DNA of 64,000 nt from Candidatus Polarisedimenticolia bacterium (GTDB lineage: Bacteria; Chloroflexota; Limnocylindria; Limnocylindrales; CSP1-4): assembly GCA_035649355.1 (NCBI GenBank), contig DASRJS010000109.1, forward strand, positions 1,021-65,020. The letters run 5' to 3'. The notes beneath the pieces were generated by a model. It made no database searches. It was not told the DNA's origin and worked only from the letters and a program-made list of their open reading frames with translations. Made by a program: the position numbers and the translations under genes. Below, in pieces: positions 55,282-64,000 of this stretch (positions within the stretch are counted from its first letter, which is position 1; each line of letters begins with the position of its first letter).

Positions 55282-56772
55282 TCAGTAGATCGCCGTGTCC
55301 GGCCCCACGCCTTCGAGCCACGACTTGATGTCTCGAAGGAGGGCCGCGCCACCGGCGCCATCGTTGGCCCGGTGGTCGACCGCGAGGACCATGTTCATGA
55401 TCGAGCGGATCGCGATGACGTCGCCGTCCGGCGACTCGACGACGACCGGCCGCTTCGTGATCCGGTCCATCGTGACGATCGCGACCTCGGGCACGTTGAT
55501 GATCGGCATGACCATGTTCGTGCCGAGCCAGCCGGTGTTGTCGACGGTGAACGTGCCGCCGCCGAAGTCGTCGATCTTGAGCTTGCCCCCGCGGGCCCGG
55601 GCCGAGACGTCCGCGATCGCCTTGTTCAGGCCGGAGATCGAAAGCCCGTCCACGTCCCGAACGACCGGCACGATCAGCCCGTCGTCCAGCGCGACCGCGA
55701 CGCCGACGTTGATCCGCCGCTTGGCGAGGAGGCCCTGCTCCGTCCAGTGGGCATTCAGCGTTGGGTTGCGCTTCAGCGCCTCGGCCGAGGCCTTGATGAC
55801 AAACGGGACGAAGCTAAGGGGCAGGCCCTCGCGGTCCGCGTAGGCCTTCTTGTTGCGGTCGCGGAAGCGGACCAGGTTCGTGACGTCGACTTCCATCTGG
55901 ACGTAGGCGTGTGGCACCTGGAGCGCGCGCGTCATCTGCGCCGCGATGCCCTTGCGCATCTGGGTCATCGGGACGAGGACTTCGTCGGCGCCCGGCGGGA
56001 ACGTGATGCCCGGGCTGGCGGTCGTGGCGACCGACGGCGCGGTGGAGGCAGCCGCAGGTGCGGCTGGCGCTGGCGCGGGAGCGGACGGGGTCGAAGCCGG
56101 AGCCGACGGGGCTGAAACCGCGGCCTGGCCACCGGCGGCGTTCTGCTTGCCGACCGGGGCGCCCGTGCGCTGGCTCTCGACGTAGTCGGTCACGTCCTCG
56201 CGAGTGATCCGGCCACCGCCGCCCGTTCCGACGATCATCGCCGCCTGGAGGCCGTGCTCGCGCAGAAGCCGTCGAACGGCGGGGGTCATCCGGGCGTCGG
56301 CGTTTCCGGGCAGCTCGGCGGGTTCGGTCGACGTCGTCGCGGTCGGTGCGCTCGACGCCATCGGCATCGCTGTCGGCACCGGCGTTAGTGTCGGCGCCGG
56401 CGTTGGCGCATCGGAGACCGGTCGCTCGTCAGATCCGGCCGGCCCGTGGGCAGGCTCCGGTTCGGGCTCGGGAGCGGCTTTCGGTGCCTCCGCCGGGGCT
56501 GTTGTCGCCGCGGGTGCTTCGGCCGCCTTCGAGCTGGCGCCGTTCCCCGAGCCCGCCTCCTCGATCACCGCGATCTCGGCATTGTTCGGGACCGTCGCGC
56601 CCTCCTCGACGAGGATCTCCTTGAGGATGCCCTCGTACGGCGATGGGACCTCGGCGTTGACCTTGTCGGTGATGACCTCGAGCAGCGGCTCGTACTTCGC
56701 GACATGGTCGCCCGGCTGCTTGAGCCATTTGCCGATCGTCCCCTCGGCGACGCTCTCGCCGAGCTGGGGCAT
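55282..56772 (-). CDS. 2-oxo acid dehydrogenase E2 (dihydrolipoamide acyltransferase)
   Basis: Lipoyl domain MPQLGESVAEGTIGKWL, Ala/Pro linkers and the catalytic DHRANDGAGGAALL are present. The start was taken at the MPQLG Met. The track ORF extends to 56826. Confidence 0.85.
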   Translation of the reverse strand: MPQLGESVAEGTIGKWLKQPGDHVAKYEPLLEVITDKVNAEVPSPYEGILKEILVEEGATVPNNAEIAVIEEAGSGNGASSKAAEAPAATTAPAEAPKAAPEPEPEPAHGPAGSDERPVSDAPTPAPTLTPVPTAMPMASSAPTATTSTEPAELPGNADARMTPAVRRLLREHGLQAAMIVGTGGGGRITREDVTDYVESQRTGAPVGKQNAAGGQAAVSAPSAPASTPSAPAPAPAAPAAASTAPSVATTASPGITFPPGADEVLVPMTQMRKGIAAQMTRALQVPHAYVQMEVDVTNLVRFRDRNKKAYADREGLPLSFVPFVIKASAEALKRNPTLNAHWTEQGLLAKRRINVGVAVALDDGLIVPVVRDVDGLSISGLNKAIADVSARARGGKLKIDDFGGGTFTVDNTGWLGTNMVMPIINVPEVAIVTMDRITKRPVVVESPDGDVIAIRSIMNMVLAVDHRANDGAGGAALLRDIKSWLEGVGPDTAIY

Positions 56773-56847
56773 CGTCACCTTTGCCACGATGAGGCTCCTC
56801 CGAGGGTCACGCGGTCGCGGGTCCACATTCGAACGCTCACGTCGCGC

Positions 56848-58092
56848 CTAGTGTCGCGCATCCGCGCGCGATCGGTCGACTGAGCGGGCGGACGACCCGG
56901 CCGGCTGATCGGCGCGGGGGTCCCGGCCGCGGCCGATGACTGCCCACCAGACCGCGGCGGCTGCGAAGGCCGACAGCGCCGTGCAGGCTGCGAACAGCGC
57001 CTGAAGACCGACGCTGCCGGCAATGGCTCCGCCCAACGTCGTCCCGATGATCGTGCCGGTGGCGAAGGCCGTGCCCGAGAACAAGCCCTGCGCGGTCGCG
57101 CGTGCCTCCGGCGGCGCGACCCTAGCCACGTACGTCACGGAGCCAACGAAGAACAATGCGAAGCCGACCCCACCCATCGCCGAAACCGCGATCAGCGTGG
57201 GCAGGCCGTCCGACACGGCGAAGCCGAGGGCGCGGAAGGCGAAGGCGCCCGCGCCGATGATCAACAGCCGCTCGGCGCCGGCGCGACGGACGAGCAGCGG
57301 AAACGCGAGCATCAGCGGGACCTCGACGACGGCATTGACCGCCCAGCCGGTGCCGACGAGCCCGGCGTCGGCGCCGATCTCGATGAGGCGCAGCGAGAAG
57401 AAGGCAATGACAGCCGAGCTCGACGTCCAGACGAGCACGGACGCGCCGAAGAACGCTGCCAGCCGGCCGTCGCGCAAGAGCCCGACGCGGCTTGGAACGT
57501 CGGCGTTGACGGCGTTTCGCCGGCCGGAGCTTCGACCGAGCAGGACCGCCGCGACGATGCCGACCAGCACGACCGTCGGACAGAAGACGAGAAAGAGGCT
57601 GCTCGGTCCCTGTCGCTCAACCACCATGCCCACCACGACCGAAGACACGATGAACGCCACCGAACCGACGGCACGGACTCGCCCAAAGCGATCGCGGTTG
57701 ACGCCGAGCAGCTCGAGCGTGCGGCTGTCGACGAGCGGCACGATGCCGGCGCTCCCGAGCGAAAGGAACGCGATTTCGATCGCGATGATTGGTGGGGTGG
57801 TCGAAAGCGAGAGTGCCGCCGCCGCGGTCGCCGTCCAGATCGAGGCCACGAGGAGCGGTCCGCGCACGTCGCCGAATCGGTCCGCCGCGGCTCCCCACGC
57901 GGGCGCTGCGACGATCGTCGCAGCCGCCGACACGCCGGCGAGGAGGCCGATCGTGCCCAGGCCGACCCCGAGCGACTGCACGAATACGGTCCAGTACGGG
58001 ACCCAGGCGCCGACCGCAGTGAAGGCGAGGAGGTAAACGACAGCGGCGCGCGCGACGGAGGGTTGTCTCGCCTGGGCGTCGGCGTCCGTCAT
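56848..58092 (-). CDS. MFS transporter
   Basis: Twelve predicted TM helices. Confidence 0.8.
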   Translation of the reverse strand: MTDADAQARQPSVARAAVVYLLAFTAVGAWVPYWTVFVQSLGVGLGTIGLLAGVSAAATIVAAPAWGAAADRFGDVRGPLLVASIWTATAAAALSLSTTPPIIAIEIAFLSLGSAGIVPLVDSRTLELLGVNRDRFGRVRAVGSVAFIVSSVVVGMVVERQGPSSLFLVFCPTVVLVGIVAAVLLGRSSGRRNAVNADVPSRVGLLRDGRLAAFFGASVLVWTSSSAVIAFFSLRLIEIGADAGLVGTGWAVNAVVEVPLMLAFPLLVRRAGAERLLIIGAGAFAFRALGFAVSDGLPTLIAVSAMGGVGFALFFVGSVTYVARVAPPEARATAQGLFSGTAFATGTIIGTTLGGAIAGSVGLQALFAACTALSAFAAAAVWWAVIGRGRDPRADQPAGSSARSVDRSRADARH

Positions 58093-58134
58093 CGCGACAA
58101 GTTTGGCGCGTCCGGGGTCGTGCAGACTGTCCAG

Positions 58135-58815
58135 ATGGCCCGCTCACGCCGCGCGTTCATCCTTCGACACACGCGCTTGCGACCCGTCCCGGGACTCGAG
58201 GAGGTCCGGCTCCACCTCGCCGACGACGCGCTCGAGCTGTGGCGAGCGGTACAGGTCGAGACCGGCGACCCGGACGCCCCGATTCCGTTCTGGGCGTTCG
58301 CGTGGGGCGGTGGCCTCGCGCTTGGGCGATACCTGCGCGAACACCCCGAGGCGGTTGCTGGACGGCGTGTGCTCGACTTCGGCTCCGGATCCGGGATCGT
58401 CGCGATCGCGGCGATGCTCGCGCGTGCGAAGGAGGTGGTCGCGACGGACATCGATCCGATGGCCGTGTCCGCGATCGAGCTGAATGCTCGGGCGAACGCG
58501 AGCCGCGTGACCCCGATCCTTCGAGACGTCCTGGCCGACCCTGCGCCGGACACGGAAGTCATCCTGGCCGCGGACTGCTGGTACGAGGCCGCCCCGGCGA
58601 GCCGCGTGATGCCCTGGCTCCAGCGGGCACGCGCCGCGGGGATCGACGTCCTCGTCGGCGATCCCGGCCGGCGCTACCTGCCGCTCGACGACCTCGCCGA
58701 GCTCGCGAGGTACGAAGTTCGGACGACCACCGAGCTCGAGGACCTCGATCACAAGCAGGCCAGCGTGTACGAGCTCCGAGGCGCGGATCCACGTCGAGGA
58801 TCTGCGACCGCGTGA
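58135..58815 (+). CDS. class I SAM-dependent methyltransferase (Methyltransf_16/protein-lysine-MTase-like)
   Basis: Motif I VLDFGSGSGIVAIAAM. An acidic post-I residue ATDID. Confidence 0.65.
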   Translation: MARSRRAFILRHTRLRPVPGLEEVRLHLADDALELWRAVQVETGDPDAPIPFWAFAWGGGLALGRYLREHPEAVAGRRVLDFGSGSGIVAIAAMLARAKEVVATDIDPMAVSAIELNARANASRVTPILRDVLADPAPDTEVILAADCWYEAAPASRVMPWLQRARAAGIDVLVGDPGRRYLPLDDLAELARYEVRTTTELEDLDHKQASVYELRGADPRRGSATA

Positions 58816-58870
58816 GATCGAGGCGAGTCTTCGTCATAAACTCGCGAAACCCAGGATCGCCGGAGGTCGC

Positions 58871-59782
58871 ATGCGAAAGCTCGAGATCGGACTTGTGCTC
58901 CCGATGGGCGAGTCGTTCGTGGACGGTTCCACGACTCGGTGGGTCCAGATCCGCGAGCTCGTGACCCACGCGGAGGAGATCGGGTTCGACACCGTCTGGA
59001 CGGCCGACGAGCTCCTCTGGCGCCCCACGGACGGCCGGACGCAGGGCTGGTGGGAATGTGTCGCGATGACCGGCGCGGTGGCGGCCGCGACATCGCGGGT
59101 GAAGGTCGGAACGTGGATCCTCTCGGCGCTGCACCGGAACCCCGGGATCACCGCCAAGGCCGTCGAGACCCTCGACGAGATCAGCGGCGGCCGCTTCGTC
59201 TTCGGTCTCGGCTCCGGGCACGCGGGTCGCCAGGGGCATACCTTCGGGCTGCCCGAGGACCACGTCGTCGGCCGGTTCGAGGAAGCCCTCGAGGTCATCG
59301 TCCCGTTGCTTCGGCAGGGCCGGGCGGACTTCGAGGGGACCTTCCACGCGGCGCGTGACCTGGAGCATCGGCCCGTCGGTCCCCGCCCGGGCCGGATCCC
59401 GATCATGATCGGCGCGAAGGGACCGAGGATGCTCCGGCTCGCCGCCCGTCACGCCGACATCTGGAGCTGGTATGTCGAGGAACGGAGCGACCTGACCGAG
59501 TTCGGGCCGAAGCTGGCGGCGCTCGAGGCGGCGTGCGTCGAGGTCGGCCGGGACCCCGCGACGATCGGCAAGTCAGCGGGGATCGTCGTGGAGCCGACGT
59601 CGTTCACCGGTGCTGAGGCCGTGCTCGGAACGCCGATCCGAGGCACGCCTGAACAGATCGCCGACGGACTTCGTGCCTTCGGAAGCGCCGGCTTCACCAA
59701 CCTCGAGCTCCTCGTCTGGCCGCCCACGCCTTCGGCGCTCGACGCATTGGCTCCGGCGCTCGAGCTTCTCAACGCCGGCTGA
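58871..59782 (+). CDS. luciferase-like monooxygenase (LLM) family F420-dependent oxidoreductase
   Basis: TIM-barrel LLM motifs are present (FDTVWTADEL; GGRFVFGLGSG). Confidence 0.75.
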   Translation: MRKLEIGLVLPMGESFVDGSTTRWVQIRELVTHAEEIGFDTVWTADELLWRPTDGRTQGWWECVAMTGAVAAATSRVKVGTWILSALHRNPGITAKAVETLDEISGGRFVFGLGSGHAGRQGHTFGLPEDHVVGRFEEALEVIVPLLRQGRADFEGTFHAARDLEHRPVGPRPGRIPIMIGAKGPRMLRLAARHADIWSWYVEERSDLTEFGPKLAALEAACVEVGRDPATIGKSAGIVVEPTSFTGAEAVLGTPIRGTPEQIADGLRAFGSAGFTNLELLVWPPTPSALDALAPALELLNAG

Positions 59783-59800
59783 TCAAGCCTGGAGTCGCCC

Positions 59801-60193
59801 ATGCCGAGCATCGAAACCAGCACGCCACCGAACACGCCGACGCCGATCGGTCCGTACAGCCACGTCGCGAAGGTCGGGCAGACCATCACGATTGGCGGCA
59901 CCGCGGGCATCGATCCGGCGACGGGTGAGCTCGCGGGTCCGGATATCGGGTCGCAGACGAGGCGGATCCTCGACAGCTTCCGGGTCATGCTCGAGTCGGT
60001 GAATTCAGACCTCGACCACGTCGTCCACGTCAACGTGTTCCTGGAGGACATGAGCGACTTCGAGGCAATGAACGCGGCCTACGTCGAGAGCATGGGCTCG
60101 CACCGGCCGGCCCGCACCGTCATCGGCGTTCGCGAGCTTCCGAAGCCCGGCGTGCTCATCACGATGAACCTCACCGCGGTGACCCGCGACTAA
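59801..60193 (+). CDS. RidA/YjgF family reactive-intermediate deaminase
   Basis: 130 aa protein with the conserved PARTVIGVRELPKPGVLI C-terminus. Confidence 0.85.
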   Translation: MPSIETSTPPNTPTPIGPYSHVAKVGQTITIGGTAGIDPATGELAGPDIGSQTRRILDSFRVMLESVNSDLDHVVHVNVFLEDMSDFEAMNAAYVESMGSHRPARTVIGVRELPKPGVLITMNLTAVTRD

Positions 60194-60205
60194 GCCCGGC
60201 GTCTC

Positions 60206-60763
60206 CTATGGTTCGAGAACACCCTCGAGCGGCAGCTCGAAGACGACCTGGCCGACCGAACGTCCGTCGTCGCCGTCAGTGGGCACGACTCCCACCTTCT
60301 TGAAGCCGCTTCGCGCCGCGACGCGCTGGGAGAGCGCGTTGGCGGGGTCGGTCGTGAGGAGGAGACGCTTGATGCCCAGCTCCGACACGGCCCAGCGTGA
60401 GATGAGACGCACGGCGCGAGTCGCAAGCCCGCGCCCTCGGGCCGCAGGGAGCAGCCAGTAGCCGACTGACCCGATCGTCCGGTCGTCGGCCCGGAGGTTG
60501 ACCCAGACATGCCCGACGCAGATCCCGTCCATCTCGCAGACCGCGAACGTCGGCGAGCCGTCGGCCCAGCGCCTTCGGTTCAGTTGGAGGGTTTCCGCGG
60601 CGCTGCCTTCGGGCGCGCCGATCCATCGGATGACGTCCGGGTCGTGGATCCCGAGTTCGATCGCAGCGAGGTCACCCTCATCCGGCAGCCGCAACGTCAC
60701 GACGCCGTCACTCAGTCGCGGTTCAGAGTCGGACGAGACCACGCTGCCGCCTTGCCCGGACAA
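60206..60763 (-). CDS. GNAT N-acetyltransferase (RimJ/RimL-like)
   Basis: GNAT motif A RGRGLATRAVRLISRWAV. Confidence 0.75.
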   Translation of the reverse strand: MSGQGGSVVSSDSEPRLSDGVVTLRLPDEGDLAAIELGIHDPDVIRWIGAPEGSAAETLQLNRRRWADGSPTFAVCEMDGICVGHVWVNLRADDRTIGSVGYWLLPAARGRGLATRAVRLISRWAVSELGIKRLLLTTDPANALSQRVAARSGFKKVGVVPTDGDDGRSVGQVVFELPLEGVLEP

Positions 60764-60774
60764 GCCAGGCGTGA

Positions 60775-61179
60775 TTAACGACGCCTCGGGTTGGCCGCCA
60801 GGGCCTTTGCGACGATCTCGGGCTGGCGCGCGATGCCCTTCGCGGCGACGGCCTCAAGCTCCGTGAACAACGCCTCGTCGATCTTCGTGAAGTTGAAGCA
60901 CGACTTGCCCTGCATTCGCCGTTTGAGCTCGGGCGACATTGAGGCGATGATCGAGGGATCCGCGTAGGCGCTCATCAGGTGGAAGCTGACATAGCTCTTG
61001 CCGATCTTCGTCGCGGCCACGAAGCCCCAGGGCTTGCCTTCGAGACCGGGCATCTCGAGCGCCATTCCGCCGGGCCCTTCCCGCGTGACCGAGAGTGTGG
61101 CCCGATAGGGCTCGAGAATCCGGCGCAACCGCCGCTCGACTTCGGGGAATGCATCGCTGTTCGGGGCCGCCACCCGCAC
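60775..61179 (-). CDS. DUF1801 (YdhG-like) domain protein
   Basis: 134 aa protein. Its size and pattern resemble YdhG-family proteins. The assignment is tentative. Confidence 0.45.
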   Translation of the reverse strand: MRVAAPNSDAFPEVERRLRRILEPYRATLSVTREGPGGMALEMPGLEGKPWGFVAATKIGKSYVSFHLMSAYADPSIIASMSPELKRRMQGKSCFNFTKIDEALFTELEAVAAKGIARQPEIVAKALAANPRRR

Positions 61180-61256
61180 AGTTTAGGCTCGCCACGACGA
61201 CCGGCCGACCTCGGATCCCTGGTGCTGGCGTCGGCGACTGGCCGCTGGCCGTCCGG

Positions 61257-61742
61257 TCAGGCGGAGCCGGTCGCCTCCACCGGCGTCAGCCGGAAATAGC
61301 GTCCGACCGCTCGAACATGCTGGCGCGCCCCTCGGTAGATCGCACCCGTCGGATTCGGCTGCCGGCCGGTCGCGGCGATGACGCGGTCACGCTCGGGCCC
61401 GTCGGGAATCTCGACGGCCGTGACTCGTACTGGTTCATGCCCGCGCCGGATCACCGTGCAGCTGCCGGCGGCGATGAGGTTGCGGACCCACTGCGATGTC
61501 CCGTTCGGATGACCCACGTACCACGTTCCATCCACGTCATAAAGGGAGAGCAGGAGGTTCCGCTCTAGGCCAGAGCGACGGCCAATGAAGACGAACTCTT
61601 CCATCAGGACCGCGGGGTTGGATCGACGAATGCGCTCGAGCAGGGACCGAGGAGCGCTGTTCAGATAGAACTTGAGGACTGCACGCCAGAGCCGGCTCTC
61701 GCCGACCGGACGCGGCGACTCGGACGTATCGACGCTGGCCAC
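61257..61742 (-). CDS. F420H2-dependent reductase-family protein (DUF385/nitroreductase-like split-barrel)
   Basis: The motif FIGRRSGLERNLLLSLYDVDGTWYVGHPNG resembles the DUF385 core GRKSGKPR...VVASNGG. Confidence 0.5.
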   Translation of the reverse strand: MASVDTSESPRPVGESRLWRAVLKFYLNSAPRSLLERIRRSNPAVLMEEFVFIGRRSGLERNLLLSLYDVDGTWYVGHPNGTSQWVRNLIAAGSCTVIRRGHEPVRVTAVEIPDGPERDRVIAATGRQPNPTGAIYRGARQHVRAVGRYFRLTPVEATGSA

Positions 61743-61834
61743 CGGACTGCCTCCTCGGCAAAAGAGATCGCATTACACTGTGTAACGCGATAAGTCGGAG
61801 GCTAGCGAGCCTGGGTTCCGCCGTCAATATCGAA

Positions 61835-62479
61835 TTACGCGCTGCTCCGTGATTTTCTCGCGATGCGCACTGGCTTCGAGGCCCGCTCGGCATCGCGGGC
61901 GGCGACGACCATGCCGACCATCAGCGTCACGGCTTGGTTGTTCGTCAGCCCCTGCACGTTGCGGAGCGCGAGCCACGTCGGAAACGCGATCGCGTGCCCG
62001 ATCGCACCGGCCAGAAGCGTGCCGGGTCCGCTCTCGACTCCCCAGCCGGTTGCCAGCAGCTCCCCGAGACGGCGCTGAGCTTCGAAGACCGGCGCGAGCG
62101 CGACCCCGAGCGCGGGCTTATTCGGCAGGGCGTTCGCGCCGCTGGCGATGATCTGCTCGTGATCGGAGAAGTAGCCGTACATGCCCGTGAGCGCTGCCTC
62201 GAGCCGGCGCAGCGGATCGTCGATCGCCATGAGGCCCGACAGGTCAGGCGGCGGATTCCGCTGGTCGTAGGTCCCGGTGCAGGCGATGAACAGGCTGACG
62301 TCGTCCGGGAAGTGACGGTAGACCGTGAGCCGGCTCACCCCGGCGAGCTTCGCCACTGCGGTCATCGTCGTGCCCATCATCCCGACGGTCTGATGGAGCT
62401 CGATCGCCGCGTCGACGATCCGGCGACGGGTCTCCGCCTGGCGTTCAGCGCGGCGCTTGAGCTCGTACTTCCTTGGCAT
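61835..62479 (-). CDS. TetR family transcriptional regulator
   Basis: N-terminal HTH IVDAAIELHQTVGMMGTTMTAVAKLAGVSRLTVYRHF. Confidence 0.8.
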   Translation of the reverse strand: MPRKYELKRRAERQAETRRRIVDAAIELHQTVGMMGTTMTAVAKLAGVSRLTVYRHFPDDVSLFIACTGTYDQRNPPPDLSGLMAIDDPLRRLEAALTGMYGYFSDHEQIIASGANALPNKPALGVALAPVFEAQRRLGELLATGWGVESGPGTLLAGAIGHAIAFPTWLALRNVQGLTNNQAVTLMVGMVVAARDAERASKPVRIARKSRSSA

Positions 62480-62532
62480 CCCGATTCATGTTACACGGCG
62501 TTTCACAGAACTCGGAGACGCAACCTCCGACA

Positions 62533-63516
62533 TCAATACGCAGCGAGCTTTCGGATCCCATCCGCGATCTTTTCGGGGTTGACCATGAACCAGTCCTCGA
62601 GGACGTGGTTGTACGGCACGCCCGGCACATCGGGGCCGGCGATGCGCGTGACCGGCCCGTCGAGGTAGTCGAAGGCCTCTTCGGCGACGATCGCCGAGAC
62701 CTCCGCGCCGTAGCCTCCGAAGCGGTTGTCCTCGTAGACGATCAGGCACTTGCCCGTCTTTCGAACGGACGAGAGCACGGTCTCCTTGTCGATCGGCCGG
62801 AGCGTTCGAAGGTCAACGACCTCGACGCTGATCCCCTCCTCTGCCACGACATCGGCGGCTTCGAGCGCGTAGTGCGCCATCAGCCCGTAGGCGATGACCG
62901 TGATCTGCGTTCCGGCATGGGTGATCGCGGCGCGCCCGAGGGGCACCGTGTAGTCGGTGTCCGGGACGTCGCCACGGACCGAGCGGTACATCTTCTTGTG
63001 CTCGAAGAACAGCACCGGGTCGTCGTCGCGGATCGCCGAGCGCAGCAGGCCCTTCGCGTCATACGGGGTCGAAGGAATGACGACCTTCAGGCCCGGTACG
63101 TGCGTGTAGAACGCCTCGACCGACTGGCTGTGATACAGCGCGCCGTGGACGCCGCCGCCGTACGGCGCGCGGATCGTCATCGGCACGCCGAACGTGTTGT
63201 TCGAGCGATAGCGCATCCGCGCGGCTTCCGACACGAGCTGGTTGAAGGCCGGGTGGATGAAGTCGGCGAACTGGATCTCGGCGACCGGGCGGAGGCCGTT
63301 CATCGACGCGCCGATCGAGGCCCCGACGATGAGCGCCTCGCTGAGCGGCGTGTCGATGACGCGATCGTCCCCGAACTCCGCGTGCAGGCCGTCGGTCGCG
63401 AGGAAGACGCCGCCCTTCAGCCCGACGTCCTCGCCGAGGACGATGACCGCGTCGTCGCGGCGCATCTCCTCACCCAGCGTGTCGCGGATCGCCTCGATGA
63501 ACGTTCGAATGGCCAT
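62533..63516 (-). CDS. 2-oxo acid (pyruvate/branched-chain) dehydrogenase E1 beta subunit
   Basis: Transketolase-like Pyr and C-terminal domains: MAIRTFIEAIRDTLGEEMRRDDAVIVLGEDVG... Confidence 0.9.
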   Translation of the reverse strand: MAIRTFIEAIRDTLGEEMRRDDAVIVLGEDVGLKGGVFLATDGLHAEFGDDRVIDTPLSEALIVGASIGASMNGLRPVAEIQFADFIHPAFNQLVSEAARMRYRSNNTFGVPMTIRAPYGGGVHGALYHSQSVEAFYTHVPGLKVVIPSTPYDAKGLLRSAIRDDDPVLFFEHKKMYRSVRGDVPDTDYTVPLGRAAITHAGTQITVIAYGLMAHYALEAADVVAEEGISVEVVDLRTLRPIDKETVLSSVRKTGKCLIVYEDNRFGGYGAEVSAIVAEEAFDYLDGPVTRIAGPDVPGVPYNHVLEDWFMVNPEKIADGIRKLAAY

Positions 63517-64000
63517 CAGTCGACCGCGTTCTCGGCCGCCGAAGCGTCGCCCTCATGGCCTTCCAGCCCGTGGCTCTTGCCGAAGCCCCAGGCCGGCGGC
63601 GTCTCGGACGGCCAGTCCTCGGCGAAGACCCAGCGCATGGCAGTCGAGGGATCCGGGTCCGGCTCGCTCTCGGAGTGTTCGGTGGCCTCATCGACCTCGC
63701 GCTTGATGTCGGCGGCGATGGAGGCTTCGAGCTCGTCCGTCAGGACGCCGGCCTCGCGCAGCTGGTCGCGGAACAGCGGCAGCGCGTCGTGGGAGCGGAG
63801 GTCCGCGAGCTCCTCCTCAGGCCGGTACTTCGTCTGCTGGTCGTCCGAGGAATGCGCGGTCAGACGGATCACCTTTGCCTCGATCAGCGTTGGGCCATCG
63901 CCGCGTCGCGCGCGGTCAACGGCCTCCTTCGAAGCCTTGTAGCAGGCCAGCACGTCGGAGCCGTCCACGACCACGCCCGGGATGCCGTAGCCCGCGGCGC
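63516..64000 (-). CDS. 2-oxo acid dehydrogenase E1 alpha subunit, 3' part (the gene continues beyond the window end)
   Basis: The C-terminal E1-alpha sequence is present. The stop overlaps the E1 beta start by 1 nt. The ORF is open to the window edge. Confidence 0.8.
   Translation of the reverse strand, partial: AAGYGIPGVVVDGSDVLACYKASKEAVDRARRGDGPTLIEAKVIRLTAHSSDDQQTKYRPEEELADLRSHDALPLFRDQLREAGVLTDELEASIAADIKREVDEATEHSESEPDPDPSTAMRWVFAEDWPSETPPAWGFGKSHGLEGHEGDASAAENAVD

Overview
The window is a 64 kb stretch of very high-GC (about 70%) chromosomal DNA, most likely from an F420-using Actinobacteria- or Chloroflexi-like organism. Hints for that are the DUF385 F420H2 reductase, the F420-type LLM oxidoreductase, and the DUF3048, DUF1015 and DUF1611 families. 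It is densely coding on both strands. At this GC content many long Arg-rich ORFs in alternative frames are artefacts and were ignored. Two tRNA genes are present: tRNA-Arg(TCT) and tRNA-Glu(CTC). No CRISPR array, IS element, integrase or rRNA was seen. Housekeeping content includes ABC exporters, two acyl-CoA dehydrogenases, a GabT-like aminotransferase, an AMP-forming acyl-CoA synthetase, LipA, 2-oxo-acid dehydrogenase E2 and E1 alpha/beta, adenosine deaminase and RidA. The most striking feature is a tightly packed, nine-gene, co-directional operon of about 13.8 kb at 31925-45701. In gene order it encodes a large secreted/membrane protein, an ABC ATPase and an ABC-2 permease. Next come a membrane coiled-coil protein carrying a long Gly-Gln hexanucleotide tandem repeat, a MoxR AAA+ ATPase and a DUF58 protein. 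The last two genes encode very large BatA-like double-transmembrane vWA proteins with Pro/Ala/Ser/Thr-rich tails. Other notable items are listed here. An ECF sigma factor is translationally coupled to an Ogt methyltransferase carrying a C-terminal Ada-type Cys4 zinc domain, where an anti-sigma factor would normally sit. An orphan DNA N6/N4 methyltransferase is translationally coupled to a 2H (LigT-like) phosphoesterase, inside a 13.8 kb segment bracketed by the two tRNAs. A Tat-secreted protein is built from about 20 copies of a 13-residue Gly-rich repeat. A DgcA/DgcN-like pair (dipeptide-epimerase family plus DUF1611) is present. A perfect inverted repeat abuts a small ORF in a low-GC intergenic region.
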